Shown piece after piece: positions 35,902-46,452 of a stretch of DNA of 48,814 bases. A program made the translations under genes and the position numbers. How positions within the stretch are numbered: position 1 is the stretch's first letter; each line of letters begins with the position of its first letter. The notes beneath the pieces were generated by a model, which saw only the letters and a list, made by a program, of their open reading frames with translations, did no database searches and had not been told where the DNA came from. Source of the DNA: Clostridiales bacterium (lineage in GTDB: Bacteria; Bacillota; Clostridia; Oscillospirales; QAMX01); the NCBI GenBank assembly GCA_012800055.1, contig JAAZKA010000013.1, positions 1 to 48,814 on the forward strand. Direction: 5' to 3'.

Positions 35902-37077
35902 TTACACGTTGTCCTGACCGTGCCACGCTAGCGGCAGCGGGAACCAGGCTTCCAGAAGCGGCTCGAACTTCGGGTCGACTGCCTTGACGGACACAGAAGG
36001 CAGAGGCCCGAATACAAAACGCAACGCCTCGAAGTCGGTCAGCATGATGTCGGCTGCGGCATCTGTCTTTTCGCAGACCGCCTGTCCGTTCGTCACACTG
36101 ATCGAGAGATTCCCCCAGCCTTCGATCCCGAGCGTCAGATGACCGTCCGGGAGCGCGGCGTAAGTTGCCTTCAGCGCGAAGAATGCCGCTGTCACACGAT
36201 CCCAGTTGAACACGCGGTATTGATGATCCGGTGCAACAGAGATTCCCTCGCTGACCGCATAAAGCTTGCGCTGCAGCCCGCGCGCCCACGGGTGTATGCC
36301 GATGCTCAGAGGCTGACCGAGACCGACGGGGTTGGGATTGTGCTGTGTGATCCACGCGTTTAAAAGGTCAAGAACCGCGTCGTCCGTGACCGCGAAGACC
36401 TCATTGAGCGAAGCAGCGTCCGGTCTGGCGCAGACATAGCCGATGAACCGGCCGTCCGCGTCGGTGCAGACGTATGGGTCGCATGTCCACATTTGCAGTG
36501 TCCGGAAGAAGGTCATGTCGTCTCCGCGGTTGACGCGCAGCGGCTGCGCTTCGTACAGCGCGCGGATGTCCGGGAGCGCCGGATCGTCGGCGCACTTGAC
36601 CTTTCGGAATGTGTATGCGGGCGCTTCTCCGCGTGTCATACGCAGGTTCCGGATGTACAGCGTGAACCCGATCCGGTAGCCGCAGCGCTCATAGCCGAAG
36701 AAGTTATAGCGCTGACGCAGACCGCCCAGGAAGGAGAAATCGACGTTCTGTTCCTTCATCTCGTCGATCGTCCGGGTCATGCACATCTGCATCAGTCCCG
36801 TACGGCGTTCGTCCAGATGCGTCGAGACGTTGCCGATGCCGACGGCTTTGAGCGTATGCCCGGCGATGTGTACCTCCGCGGGTGCTGCCATGACGAGCGA
36901 GCGGATGCGGCCGTCGCGCAGAGCGGCGATGTTGTATCCGGTCAGCTCCGGTCGTATCCAGCGCGGGCACAGACGCTTGAAATTATGCGGGACGGAATTC
37001 TGCGAAAAGACCAGGTTAATAAAATCAACTTCCGGCTCAAATTCAGCCTCAGTCAGACGGCGGACCTCGATGGACAT
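35902..37077 (-). CDS. GNAT-family N-acetyltransferase, Eis-like, paralog 1
   Basis: GGGGAGG lies 8 nt upstream of ATG 37077. Motifs are FINLVFSQNSVPHNF and THLDERRTGLMQ (acetyl-CoA binding region). The C-terminus is WFPLPLAWHGQD. Confidence 0.8.
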   Translation of the reverse strand: MSIEVRRLTEAEFEPEVDFINLVFSQNSVPHNFKRLCPRWIRPELTGYNIAALRDGRIRSLVMAAPAEVHIAGHTLKAVGIGNVSTHLDERRTGLMQMCMTRTIDEMKEQNVDFSFLGGLRQRYNFFGYERCGYRIGFTLYIRNLRMTRGEAPAYTFRKVKCADDPALPDIRALYEAQPLRVNRGDDMTFFRTLQMWTCDPYVCTDADGRFIGYVCARPDAASLNEVFAVTDDAVLDLLNAWITQHNPNPVGLGQPLSIGIHPWARGLQRKLYAVSEGISVAPDHQYRVFNWDRVTAAFFALKATYAALPDGHLTLGIEGWGNLSISVTNGQAVCEKTDAAADIMLTDFEALRFVFGPLPSVSVKAVDPKFEPLLEAWFPLPLAWHGQDNV

Positions 37078-37169
37078 AAGCAAAACCTCCCCTATTGTTT
37101 ACATGGAACAGTGTAACAGATTCCGATGCGTTTTGCAAGTGCTACGCCGGGTTTTTTTGCTCCTGCCTG

Positions 37170-37198
37170 TTGACGCGCAGCCGATTCCGGGGTATAAT
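37170..37198 (+). promoter_or_regulatory. Candidate promoter of ligA
   Basis: TTGACG (37170-37175), a 17-nt spacer, then TATAAT (37193-37198). This places the transcription start after ATG 37201. Confidence 0.6.
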
Positions 37199-37200
37199 AG

Positions 37201-39237
<2,037 letters not shown>

Positions 39238-39321
39238 GAGGTTTATGTATGATTGACAAACACGCACATGGAATGGGATCCTGAATAAGACCGTAAATAT
39301 TAAGAAAGAAGGGATGCACCT

Positions 39322-40509
39322 GTGAAAATACCAAAGAAGGAGTTTGCCGACCGTGCCGCGCGCCTCAGGGAAAAGATGCGGGAACAGTCGCTGGATGCGT
39401 GCTTCGTGTACGGAGACGAGTACCGCCGGGAAAACCTGCGCTATCTGAGCAATGTATGGCCGATCTTTGAGCGCGGTGCGGTGCTGCTCGGACGTACGGG
39501 TGACCCGATCGTGCTGGGCGCGCCGGAGGGCGAACTGCTGGCAAAAGAGATGACAGCGTGGGACGATGTACGGCTGGTGCCGGAGTTCGCGTGCGTGACA
39601 GTGCCTGAGGAAATCGAGTACCCATTCGCGAACTACACGACGTTCCGCAAGGTTTTTGCGGAGGTCGGCGTAAAGGCACGTCTGGGGATTGTGGGCCTGG
39701 ATGCGATGCCGCAGCCGCTGTACGAAATCATCCGGAAGGCAGCGGACGGCGCAGAGCTGGTAGACTGCGGCGAGATGCTGTGGGCGCTGCGCCTTCGTAA
39801 GAGTGACGCGGAGATTGCGTGCATTGTACGCGCCATAGAGATCGCGGACGCGGCGTACACGGAGCTGATGCGCGCGGCGGTTCCCGGCGTGACGGAGCTG
39901 GAGCTGATGGGTGTGGCAGCCGGCACGGCGCATAAGCTGGGCGCGGAGAATGTGCCGTTCTGTCTGGTCAGCTCCGGGGAGCGCGTGAAGACGATCATCG
40001 GCCGCGCGACGGATAAGGTCGTAGAGAACGGTGACATGGTGATGGCGGCGCTGGCGGTACAGTACGAGGGCTACATCGCGACGTTTGGCTTTCCGTTTGT
40101 CTGCGGCGACATGAGCGATGAGCAGCGGCAGTTGATCTCCTGGCTCATCGGCGCGTACGAGACAGCAATCGGAAACCTGAAGGCAGGTGTCCCGCAGAAC
40201 AAGCTGGTCATTGCAGTGAAGAACTACTTTCGTGACGCGGGCATCGGTGCGTACGACCTATATCCGCCGCTGCATGGCTGCGGTCTGTCGGAAGCGGAGT
40301 CGCCGTACCCGAACGAAAAGATCACCCGCCCGTTTGAGAGCGGCATGACCGTCAACACGGACATCAGCGTCTTCGGGCATCCGTACGGTTCCAACCGCAT
40401 CGAAACCGGCTTTGTCGTCACGGATGAGGGCTGTGTGGCACCGTCAAAGCTGTTCGAAAAGCTTATTTCCGCGTGGAAGCAGGGAAAGAGCTACCGCGAA
40501 GTGCTGTAA
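39322..40509 (+). CDS. M24-family metallopeptidase (Xaa-Pro aminopeptidase/creatinase-like)
   Basis: Creatinase-like N-domain plus a pita-bread C-domain. I did not check all metal ligands. GTG start 39322. Confidence 0.8.
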   Translation: MKIPKKEFADRAARLREKMREQSLDACFVYGDEYRRENLRYLSNVWPIFERGAVLLGRTGDPIVLGAPEGELLAKEMTAWDDVRLVPEFACVTVPEEIEYPFANYTTFRKVFAEVGVKARLGIVGLDAMPQPLYEIIRKAADGAELVDCGEMLWALRLRKSDAEIACIVRAIEIADAAYTELMRAAVPGVTELELMGVAAGTAHKLGAENVPFCLVSSGERVKTIIGRATDKVVENGDMVMAALAVQYEGYIATFGFPFVCGDMSDEQRQLISWLIGAYETAIGNLKAGVPQNKLVIAVKNYFRDAGIGAYDLYPPLHGCGLSEAESPYPNEKITRPFESGMTVNTDISVFGHPYGSNRIETGFVVTDEGCVAPSKLFEKLISAWKQGKSYREVL

Positions 40510-40511
40510 TC

Positions 40512-40560
40512 AAAAAAAGGGCACCCTTTCAGTTGTTGAGAGGGTGCCCTTTTATATTTT
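40512..40560. terminator. Bidirectional rho-independent terminator
   Basis: AAAAAAA-GGGCACCCT ... AGGGTGCCC-TTTTATATTTT, with a 9-bp GC-rich stem flanked by A- and T-tracts, between convergent genes. Confidence 0.85.
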
Positions 40561-40653
40561 CCCGGCAACCTTACGCAGTCCGGGCAGTGTGTGGGTGAGG
40601 AAGCGGCGACCTTTTGCCTGCTTACAGCTGCAACCGGCGTCCGGCACATAAGC

Positions 40654-41349
40654 CTAGGGAAGACAAACCGTCCGCAATTCGACGTTTATTCCGTCCTCTG
40701 TGATGTCCGCGACGGCATATCGGAAGGGGCTTTCGCACAGCGCGGGTATGCAGGCGTAGGTCACGCCGTCCTCGATAAACGGATCGATACCTGGGTGGAA
40801 GTGTCCCGACAGCGATAGCTTCACTCCGGCATCCCGATACGCCGCGTGAATCTCACGGAAGCGCACGGGCGTGTAGGGATATGTCTCGCGGATCTCCGGC
40901 AGGATGGTGTTGTGCTGCAGCGTGACGGCGATCTCCCCGGGTCTGATTGCCGCGAGCTCTTGTGCCATGATCCTGAAGTCACGGGTGCATACATCATCTG
41001 CGTCATAGCTGTCAACGAACGGAATCAGCCGCACACCATTGACACAGAACGCTTTCGGCTCTCCAAAAACCTCCGCGAACCGCGCGGGGTCACTGTCATG
41101 GTTTCCGGGTATCGCGATGAGCGGTACGTTGAAGTCCATCCGTTCCCGGAGCACGTGCAAATTCTCCCGGGCGTCCGGTACCGTACCATCGTTGATGAGA
41201 TCTCCGAGGACCGCCACGGCGTCGCAATCTGTCTCACGCGTACGTATTTGATCAAGCAGCGACGGGACGAGATCACCGCGTCGACTGGAGATTGAACCGC
41301 GTTTTCCTTCACCGTAATAGTGGAAGTCCGTCAGGATCAACAGCTTCAT
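40654..41349 (-). CDS. Metallophosphoesterase (calcineurin-like)
   Basis: Motifs are LILTDFHY (DxH), VLGDLIND (GDxxD) and IPGNHDS (GNHD). I trimmed the start to ATG 41349. Confidence 0.8.
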   Translation of the reverse strand: MKLLILTDFHYYGEGKRGSISSRRGDLVPSLLDQIRTRETDCDAVAVLGDLINDGTVPDARENLHVLRERMDFNVPLIAIPGNHDSDPARFAEVFGEPKAFCVNGVRLIPFVDSYDADDVCTRDFRIMAQELAAIRPGEIAVTLQHNTILPEIRETYPYTPVRFREIHAAYRDAGVKLSLSGHFHPGIDPFIEDGVTYACIPALCESPFRYAVADITEDGINVELRTVCLP

Positions 41350-41396
41350 GCGGACGGGCTTCTTTTCCGCAGTCAAGACAGCGCTGCGGGACTGTC

Positions 41397-42524
41397 TCAC
41401 GAACGCGACTCCTTCCACCGGACGATTGCGTCAACGATACGCTCGGACGCAAAGCCGTCTCCGTACGGATTCGCCGCGCCCGCCATCGACTGATAGAATG
41501 CCGCGTCATGAATCAGCCGTGACGCCGTCTCATAGATCGCGTCCTCCTCCACTCCGACGAGCTTCAGGATGCCGGTGTCCAGACCTTCCGGACGCTCGGT
41601 CTCGGTGCGCAGTACGAGTGTCGGTACGCCGACGGCCGTCGCTTCCTCCTGGATGCCGCCGGAGTCGGTCATCACGAAGCTGCACTTCGCCATCAGGTTG
41701 TGCGTATCGGTGATGTCGGTCGGCTCGAGCAGCGACACCTGCGGCAGCTCGCCGAGCAGCGGATAGACCGTCTCGCGTACGGCGGGGTTGAGGTGCACGG
41801 GCCAGATCACGCGCAGCTCCGGGTTCTCCGTCACGAGCCGTTTGATCGCACGACAGATGTTACCCATCGGCACCCCGAGATTCTCACGCCGGTGTGCGGT
41901 CACAAGGACATAGCGGCCGCCTGCAAAATCAATGTCCGCGAGGGTCTTGTCGTGGAACACGTAGTTCTCGCGCACGGTGTACTTCATCGCGTCGATAACG
42001 GTGTTGCCGGTGATGACAACGCCGTCGGTGATGCCCTCACGCGCGAGGTTTTCACGGTTGAGTGTCGTCGGAGCAAAGTGCAGCTCGGCGATGCGTCCGG
42101 TCAGACGGCGGTTCATTTCCTCGGGGAACGGCGAGTAGCGGTCATATGTGCGCAAACCGGCCTCGACGTGTCCGACAGGGATCTTCTGGTAAAACGCGCA
42201 CAGTGCTGCTACGAACGACGTGGATGTATCGCCGTGGACAAGGACGATGTCAGGTTTCGCTTCGATGAGCACCGGCTCGAGTTTTTCGAGGATCGCGGAG
42301 GTGATGGTGTAAAGCGACTGGCGGGGCTTCATAATGTTGAGGTCATAGTCGGGTGTGACATGAAAGCGTTCGAGTACGGAGTCGAGCATCTCGCGGTGCT
42401 GCGCGGTGACACAGACGAGACTCTCCGTACGCGGATCCTTTTGGAGTGCGAGGACAAGCGGGCACATCTTGACGGCGTCGGGACGCGTGCCGAAAACGGA
42501 CAGAACACGAACGGGTTTCATCAT
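41397..42524 (-). CDS. wecB: UDP-N-acetylglucosamine 2-epimerase (non-hydrolysing)
   Basis: VLSVFGTRPDAVKMCPL, HVEAGLRT and DSGGIQEE motifs. The AAGGAG RBS overlaps the TAA stop of the upstream Nudix gene. Confidence 0.9.
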   Translation of the reverse strand: MMKPVRVLSVFGTRPDAVKMCPLVLALQKDPRTESLVCVTAQHREMLDSVLERFHVTPDYDLNIMKPRQSLYTITSAILEKLEPVLIEAKPDIVLVHGDTSTSFVAALCAFYQKIPVGHVEAGLRTYDRYSPFPEEMNRRLTGRIAELHFAPTTLNRENLAREGITDGVVITGNTVIDAMKYTVRENYVFHDKTLADIDFAGGRYVLVTAHRRENLGVPMGNICRAIKRLVTENPELRVIWPVHLNPAVRETVYPLLGELPQVSLLEPTDITDTHNLMAKCSFVMTDSGGIQEEATAVGVPTLVLRTETERPEGLDTGILKLVGVEEDAIYETASRLIHDAAFYQSMAGAANPYGDGFASERIVDAIVRWKESRS

Positions 42525-42534
42525 AGATTTCTCC

Positions 42535-43053
42535 TTATCCGTTGGCGCGCAGCAGCTTCTCGCTTTTCAGGTAGCTGATCAGCGCGCGGTAGTAGAGAGG
42601 ATAGCGGCGGCCGTTGTCCGGCGCGGCGACTTTTAGAAATTCACGCGGCCCGACAAAGCGGATGGCGTCGACTTCCTCGGCCTGCAGCGTACAGTCTTCG
42701 GGCGCAGCATCGGTGCGGACGGCCCACAGGTCGAGGAACGCATACCTGCGCCGGAGCTTCGCGACCAACCGGAAACGCTCCGGCGGGATATCCAACCCGA
42801 TTTCCTCGAGAAGTTCCCGATGGGCGGCGGTACGGCTGTCCTCGCCGGCGATGACGGCACCGCCGGTCACCGTCCACTCGCCGGGATGCGACTTCTTGCT
42901 CATCGCGCGCTTCTGTACAAGAAGCCCGTATTTTTCGCTGTATACCAGTACATGGACGAACTTATAATAATACCCACGCGGTACAGGTTTCCCGCGTTCC
43001 AGGAGACGGCCGGTAGGTTTCCCGTCTCCGTCGAGTAAATCCCAAAGCTCCAT
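42535..43053 (-). CDS. NUDIX hydrolase
   Basis: Nudix box GGAVIAGEDSRTAAHRELLEEIGL. I chose the start ATG 43053 (MELWDLLD...); the ORF-track start 43191 adds a non-coding-looking extension. Confidence 0.8.
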   Translation of the reverse strand: MELWDLLDGDGKPTGRLLERGKPVPRGYYYKFVHVLVYSEKYGLLVQKRAMSKKSHPGEWTVTGGAVIAGEDSRTAAHRELLEEIGLDIPPERFRLVAKLRRRYAFLDLWAVRTDAAPEDCTLQAEEVDAIRFVGPREFLKVAAPDNGRRYPLYYRALISYLKSEKLLRANG

Positions 43054-43235
43054 TGTTACTTCGGTCTTTCGACGCATATCCTTTGCATAGACTGATCCCG
43101 GTGAATGACTGGGAGGAAGAACATCTCGGGAATGAGGGGGCGCGCATAGACAGGTGTATAGAGAATGCGGCGCTGCTGAAGACGGTATCACTGCTGCTCA
43201 TCCTGATACGCGTATCCCGCGTGCGTTTACATGGC

Positions 43236-44564
43236 TTACAGCGGGATGTGGTAGTAGGTGATGCAGTTGGCATCGTGGAAGTTGTTGGCATCGTTATACG
43301 CCGTTCGGCTCATGAGCGCAATGCCGTCTCCGTCGAACAGCCAGGTCGGGTACTGGAACGCGACCTTATCTTTATCCTCATCCTCGCGGTTTTCGATATC
43401 GCGTATGAATGTCCAGCGGATGAGATCTTCGGAGGTATACAGAGACAGGATGTTGCGCAGCGGCAGTCGGTTCCCGATGCAGTAGTAGACGCCGTCGCGC
43501 GCGTGAATCTCGAACTTCGAGTGCGCGGTCGGCAGCTCGACGGTCTGTACAAACTCGGGCTTTACGTCGGGATCATTCTTGTCGTAACGGAACAGCAGCG
43601 CCGTATTCTCCGCGCAGCGCATCAGGCTTACGAGACTGCCGTCCGGCGCGATTGCGAGGTTGCCCTCGATCATCCCGTGGAAGTTCCCGTCGCCGATGAG
43701 CGCCGTCGTATCCAGATCCGCAAATCCCGTGACGCGCCAGTTGTTCACGTCAAGCAGGTCAGCATCCTCTGCAACGCTCAGCGCGCCGACGGAGAAGCGT
43801 TCTTTACGCCACGCGCCGTACTCAAGCGCCGTCCAGAGCCGTCCGGCGCAGGAGATAAAATGCATCGGTGCGCGATGGCAGCCACGCTCGGAAGAATTCG
43901 CGCTGCCGCGTAAAAGCACCGTCGGGGTGCTCCAAGTGCGACCTTCGTCGTCCGAGCGTCCAATGAGTGCATCGCCGTACTCATTGGATATCCCAAGCAT
44001 ATAGAGTATGCCGCGATGCAGGAACAGCCGTCCCCAGAAGCAGGGCATGATGTCGGTCACATAGCGCCATGTCTTCCCCTCATCGTCGGAGCGGTAGATC
44101 AGCGTGAGGTTCTGAGGTGTTGCGTGACCATAGACATCCGACGACGCGAGCAGCGCGCCGGACGGCAGCCGCACGAGACTTGGACTGCACAGAAAGCTTC
44201 CGGAGAACGCGTACTGTGTATCGGAAGGATGGAGGTAGTTGATGACCGTACCCGGGATGAACCCGATGCGTACCCGTCGGACGTTCGATGAGGTACCGTC
44301 GGCACGGGTAATCCAGAACTTGTATTCACCGCCGGGCGCGAGGCCGTAGATCACGCCGGTGCTGTCGTTGACCGGCTGTGTACGTGTCTCCGGGCCGGTC
44401 AGCGGTTTGATGTGCGCGGTATACGGCTGTGTCAGCGTATCGTCGAACCATTCAAACCGCAGCGACGTCTCACCGGGCTGCAGCATACAGATATAGGGAC
44501 GGGAATCGTCGAGATCAGTCACGGGAGCGTAGGGACGGTAACTCCAGCCGTTATAACAGCGCAT
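43236..44564 (-). CDS. BNR/Asp-box repeat protein, sialidase-like beta-propeller, no signal peptide
   Basis: Two clear Asp-boxes, SDDEGKTW and SDDEGRTW. The product is 442 aa and the N-terminus lacks a hydrophobic leader. Confidence 0.75.
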   Translation of the reverse strand: MRCYNGWSYRPYAPVTDLDDSRPYICMLQPGETSLRFEWFDDTLTQPYTAHIKPLTGPETRTQPVNDSTGVIYGLAPGGEYKFWITRADGTSSNVRRVRIGFIPGTVINYLHPSDTQYAFSGSFLCSPSLVRLPSGALLASSDVYGHATPQNLTLIYRSDDEGKTWRYVTDIMPCFWGRLFLHRGILYMLGISNEYGDALIGRSDDEGRTWSTPTVLLRGSANSSERGCHRAPMHFISCAGRLWTALEYGAWRKERFSVGALSVAEDADLLDVNNWRVTGFADLDTTALIGDGNFHGMIEGNLAIAPDGSLVSLMRCAENTALLFRYDKNDPDVKPEFVQTVELPTAHSKFEIHARDGVYYCIGNRLPLRNILSLYTSEDLIRWTFIRDIENREDEDKDKVAFQYPTWLFDGDGIALMSRTAYNDANNFHDANCITYYHIPL

Positions 44565-44603
44565 ACGCGGACATCCTTCCTTTTATATGTATTTATGCAC
44601 AGG

Positions 44604-46154
44604 TTACGCACGAACTTCCACAAGGTTCTCGCGGGTACCGAGACAAAAACGGTCGCCGCTGCGCAGGAGGTATTTCCGACCGGCAGCGTAGCGCCGTCCG
44701 TCGGGGGTATAGGTACCGTTGGTGGAGTTGAGGTCCTCGAGAATGATATCGCCGGTCTGCGGGTTATAGGTGACGGAACAGTGACAGCGGCTGATCTCGG
44801 TCTGGGACGCGCCGAAAACGACACGACACAGTTTCGGGTCACGTCCGAGCGTTACGGTATCGGAGACGTTGAGGGTAAAGCCCTGGAGGTTGCCGTCAAG
44901 TACGGCAAGCATGATGGCGCGCGGAGGTTTCTGCGTCGGTTCCGGCGTGGTGGGCGTGACGATGGGCCGCGACATGCGCGGGGCGGGCTTGGGAGCATGC
45001 ACAGCTGTCGTACGCACCGGCTCCGCGGGATTTCCGGCGCGCATCCTGGGCGCTTCCGGGGGAATTTCACGGACGGCAGGACGCGTCTGGCGCGGCTCGA
45101 CAGTGCGGACTGCGGCGGCGGGTTTCGCGACTGCCGCGGCACGGGTCAACGCCTCCTGCTCGGCTTCAATACGTCGGGAGGTGTGGGTTCGAATAATCAG
45201 GGTCAGGAGGATGAGGATGAGCAGCGCGCCCGCGATGCAGGTGGCGTAGATGACAATGGTGCGGAAGTTTTCCGATTCGGTGAGACTGGTGGCTCCGCCG
45301 GTGGATAATGTTGCAGCAGTCGTGGCTTTCTCGGACGCGGTCGTACCGGAGACGGTTGTTGCGGCAGCGGTGGTAGTCGCGGTCGTTGTACCGGACGCGG
45401 CGGTTGTCGCGGTACCGGTGAGCTGCATCCGCGTCAGACGATCTTCGATTGTCGAGACGTCTATGGCGCGCACCTCGCCGGCTGTGACGTCGTAGTATAC
45501 CAGCCCGCACATCCTGCCTGACGCATCGATGAGCGGCGATCCGAGACTCTGGAACGTATAGGGATTGGTGAGAGTGATGCCGTCGGTGGTGCTGTTGACA
45601 GTGCCCGTCATAGCGGATATAGGCGAGATAGCCGCGTCGGAAGTAATGTCGAAGGGCATCTGCGCGGCGTAGTAGGTTACCGCGTTACCAACATCAGAGG
45701 TACGCGCGGGGATGGAGACCGCCGGCGCATCGACGACCATCAGCACGGCAAAGGTGTCGGAGTTGTAGAGCTGCGACATCTCGTAGGCTTTCCCGTCGAT
45801 CATCAGCTCGAAGATTGCGCCGGAGACCTTGAACTCAGCGGCGTAGTCCTCGGGCTTTAGCCCCAACAGGGCATTTTCTTCGAACAGCTTCCCGATAGCG
45901 TCCTGAGCAGCGAGCGCGGCGGTGCCAAACTCGTAGATAGACGCGTCGGTGACATAATAAACCGCCAGCTCATCGTGTGCGACGGCGACGGCCATTGCGG
46001 TGCCGCTGATGGTATATGACGCGTCACCCAACGCGGGCACCGTGACATGGTAGACAATACGTAGGGTTGCGACGCCGTTGTCTGCGGGCGCGGCGTGCGT
46101 CAGCGGTACGAGCAGGCACAGGGTCAACAGGAGCAGGGCAATCAGGCGCTTCAT
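44604..46154 (-). CDS. Single-pass membrane protein: signal peptide, extracytoplasmic domain, Thr/Ala-rich linker, TM helix, Pro-rich linker, C-terminal FHA domain
   Basis: GAGG lies 9 nt upstream of ATG 46154. The signal peptide is MKRLIALLLLTLCLLVPLTHA and the TM helix is IVIYATCIAGALLILILLTLII, followed by RTHTSRR. The FHA core is TLGRD...ISRCHCSV...LEDLNSTNGTY. Confidence 0.85.
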   Translation of the reverse strand: MKRLIALLLLTLCLLVPLTHAAPADNGVATLRIVYHVTVPALGDASYTISGTAMAVAVAHDELAVYYVTDASIYEFGTAALAAQDAIGKLFEENALLGLKPEDYAAEFKVSGAIFELMIDGKAYEMSQLYNSDTFAVLMVVDAPAVSIPARTSDVGNAVTYYAAQMPFDITSDAAISPISAMTGTVNSTTDGITLTNPYTFQSLGSPLIDASGRMCGLVYYDVTAGEVRAIDVSTIEDRLTRMQLTGTATTAASGTTTATTTAAATTVSGTTASEKATTAATLSTGGATSLTESENFRTIVIYATCIAGALLILILLTLIIRTHTSRRIEAEQEALTRAAAVAKPAAAVRTVEPRQTRPAVREIPPEAPRMRAGNPAEPVRTTAVHAPKPAPRMSRPIVTPTTPEPTQKPPRAIMLAVLDGNLQGFTLNVSDTVTLGRDPKLCRVVFGASQTEISRCHCSVTYNPQTGDIILEDLNSTNGTYTPDGRRYAAGRKYLLRSGDRFCLGTRENLVEVRA

Positions 46155-46390
46155 AACTTCCATCCTCTATACAGCATTGATTCTATTAAGTATAACAAAT
46201 CTTCCCGATAAAAGCAATGCCTTTTCAAAAATTAATAATACTTTCTTTTACCCGGGTGGTAAACAAGCTATCGACACATGCTATACCGTTAAATGAATAA
46301 AAGTGTTGATGCAAAAACGACGCACAGAGTGTTTTTGCATGCTTATGGGCGGCGCGGATTGTTGATCACAGATCTGCTGTTATTCAGCAC

Positions 46391-46418
46391 TTGACAAAAT
46401 TCACAAAAGCAGTATAAT
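46391..46418 (+). promoter_or_regulatory. Candidate promoter of the ABC uptake operon
   Basis: TTGACA (46391-46396), a 16-nt spacer, then TATAAT (46413-46418). Confidence 0.5.
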
Positions 46419-46452
46419 AAATCTGTCAATGATATCTGCGGAGGTTACCGGA

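Noticed and set aside
35888-36355. 5' extension of ORF 34727-36355 (542 aa in the track)
   Set aside because: The extension overlaps the 3' half of the upstream GNAT gene in another frame and is Arg/Ser-rich. The start at ATG 35887 has an AAGGAG RBS and aligns with the N-terminus of the paralog.
45240-45440. Apparent nucleotide-level repetitiveness (ACC/GCC/GGT-rich)
   Set aside because: It encodes the Thr/Ala-rich linker of the FHA membrane protein. It is low-complexity coding sequence, not a tandem repeat element or CRISPR-like array.
46164-46452. Cobalamin riboswitch upstream of the BtuF/FecB-type binding protein
   Set aside because: The predicted promoter leaves a leader of only about 30 nt, and I could not find a B12-box-like conserved core in the region.
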